Positions 5,568-5,851 of a DNA stretch of 5,851 bases are shown here, one piece after another. How positions within the stretch are numbered: position 1 is the stretch's first letter; the number at the start of each line of letters is the position of its first letter. Source of the stretch: Verrucomicrobia bacterium UBA3869 (GTDB taxonomy: Bacteria > Verrucomicrobiota > Verrucomicrobiia > Opitutales > UBA9783); the NCBI GenBank assembly GCA_002392285.1, contig DGGR01000009.1:1-5851 (forward strand). The letters run 5' to 3'. The notes beneath the pieces were generated by a model. That model saw nothing but the letters and a program-made list of their open reading frames with translations. It ran no database searches and had not been told where the DNA came from. Position numbers and translations under genes: made by a program.

Positions 5568-5851
5568 TTATACCTTTTGACCGATCCAGGAAAAGTTATC
5601 CTGATGGTGGTATTTAAGAACATTATGCCATTTAACTAATTGCCACGATAGGAACGATTGACCCTCTACGTGCATGGTGGTTTGTTTACAAAAAATACGC
5701 TTAACTCCTAACGCACCTAATGTATCGCTTACCTTTTGAGGCGTTAAAGCATTTACATTAGGAACCCCGGTAAAAAAAGCGCCGCAATGAGGGCATAGCG
5801 TATCGCGTTGAGGTAAATAACCGAAGCAATCGTTGACACACAGGTAACCGC
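5568..5851 (-). CDS. C-terminal 93 codons of a hypothetical protein with a Cys4 (CX3C...CX2C) zinc-ribbon-like motif (the gene runs off the right edge)
   Basis: The reverse-complement frame starting at 5849 is open for 93 codons: GYLCVNDCFGYLPQRDTLCPHCGAFFTGVPNVNALTPQKVSDTLGALGVKRIFCKQTTMHVEGQSFLSWQLVKWHNVLKYHHQDNFSWIGQKV. The stop is TAA (5570-5568). All other frames in this stretch are broken by stops. CVNDC-X11-CPHCG looks like a metal-binding knuckle pair. I cannot assign a family. Confidence 0.5.
   Translation of the reverse strand, partial: GYLCVNDCFGYLPQRDTLCPHCGAFFTGVPNVNALTPQKVSDTLGALGVKRIFCKQTTMHVEGQSFLSWQLVKWHNVLKYHHQDNFSWIGQKV

Noticed and set aside
1-5851. A search for mobile elements, CRISPR repeats, tRNA or other structured RNA genes, and known defence-system hallmarks
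   Set aside because: I saw no terminal inverted repeats, no transposase, integrase or recombinase motifs, no regularly spaced repeats and no cloverleaf-compatible intergenic segment. Intergenic gaps are at most 97 bp. I saw no nuclease, ATPase, helicase, Walker-A, HEPN, PD-(D/E)xK or TIR motifs in any supported ORF.

Overview
This 5.85-kb bacterial chromosomal window has roughly mid-40s % GC by eye and is almost fully coding. I found no tRNA or rRNA genes, no CRISPR array and no transposase or IS ends. Left to right, the window holds: (1) the 5' end of a minus-strand class I SAM-dependent methyltransferase (1-185); (2) a co-directional plus-strand trio of a rhomboid intramembrane serine protease (283-990), a Prc/Tsp-type PDZ-S41 tail-specific protease (1049-3340) and a SpoU/TrmH-family RNA 2'-O-methyltransferase (3366-4166); (3) a minus-strand block converging on that trio. 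The minus-strand block contains the 3' end of a Cys4-motif protein (5568-5851), then an 85-bp gap with a promoter-like element and a palindrome. That gap is followed by a 133-aa orphan protein (5081-5482), which is separated by only 5 nt from an atypical 301-aa GNAT (RimJ/RimL-like) acetyltransferase (4170-5075). The protease and methyltransferase genes look like ordinary housekeeping genes. The only candidate for something undescribed is the small-protein + enlarged-GNAT pair. Its layout resembles GNAT toxin-antitoxin modules, but neither protein looks like the known families. This reading is inference from sequence alone and needs homology, structure and genetic tests.
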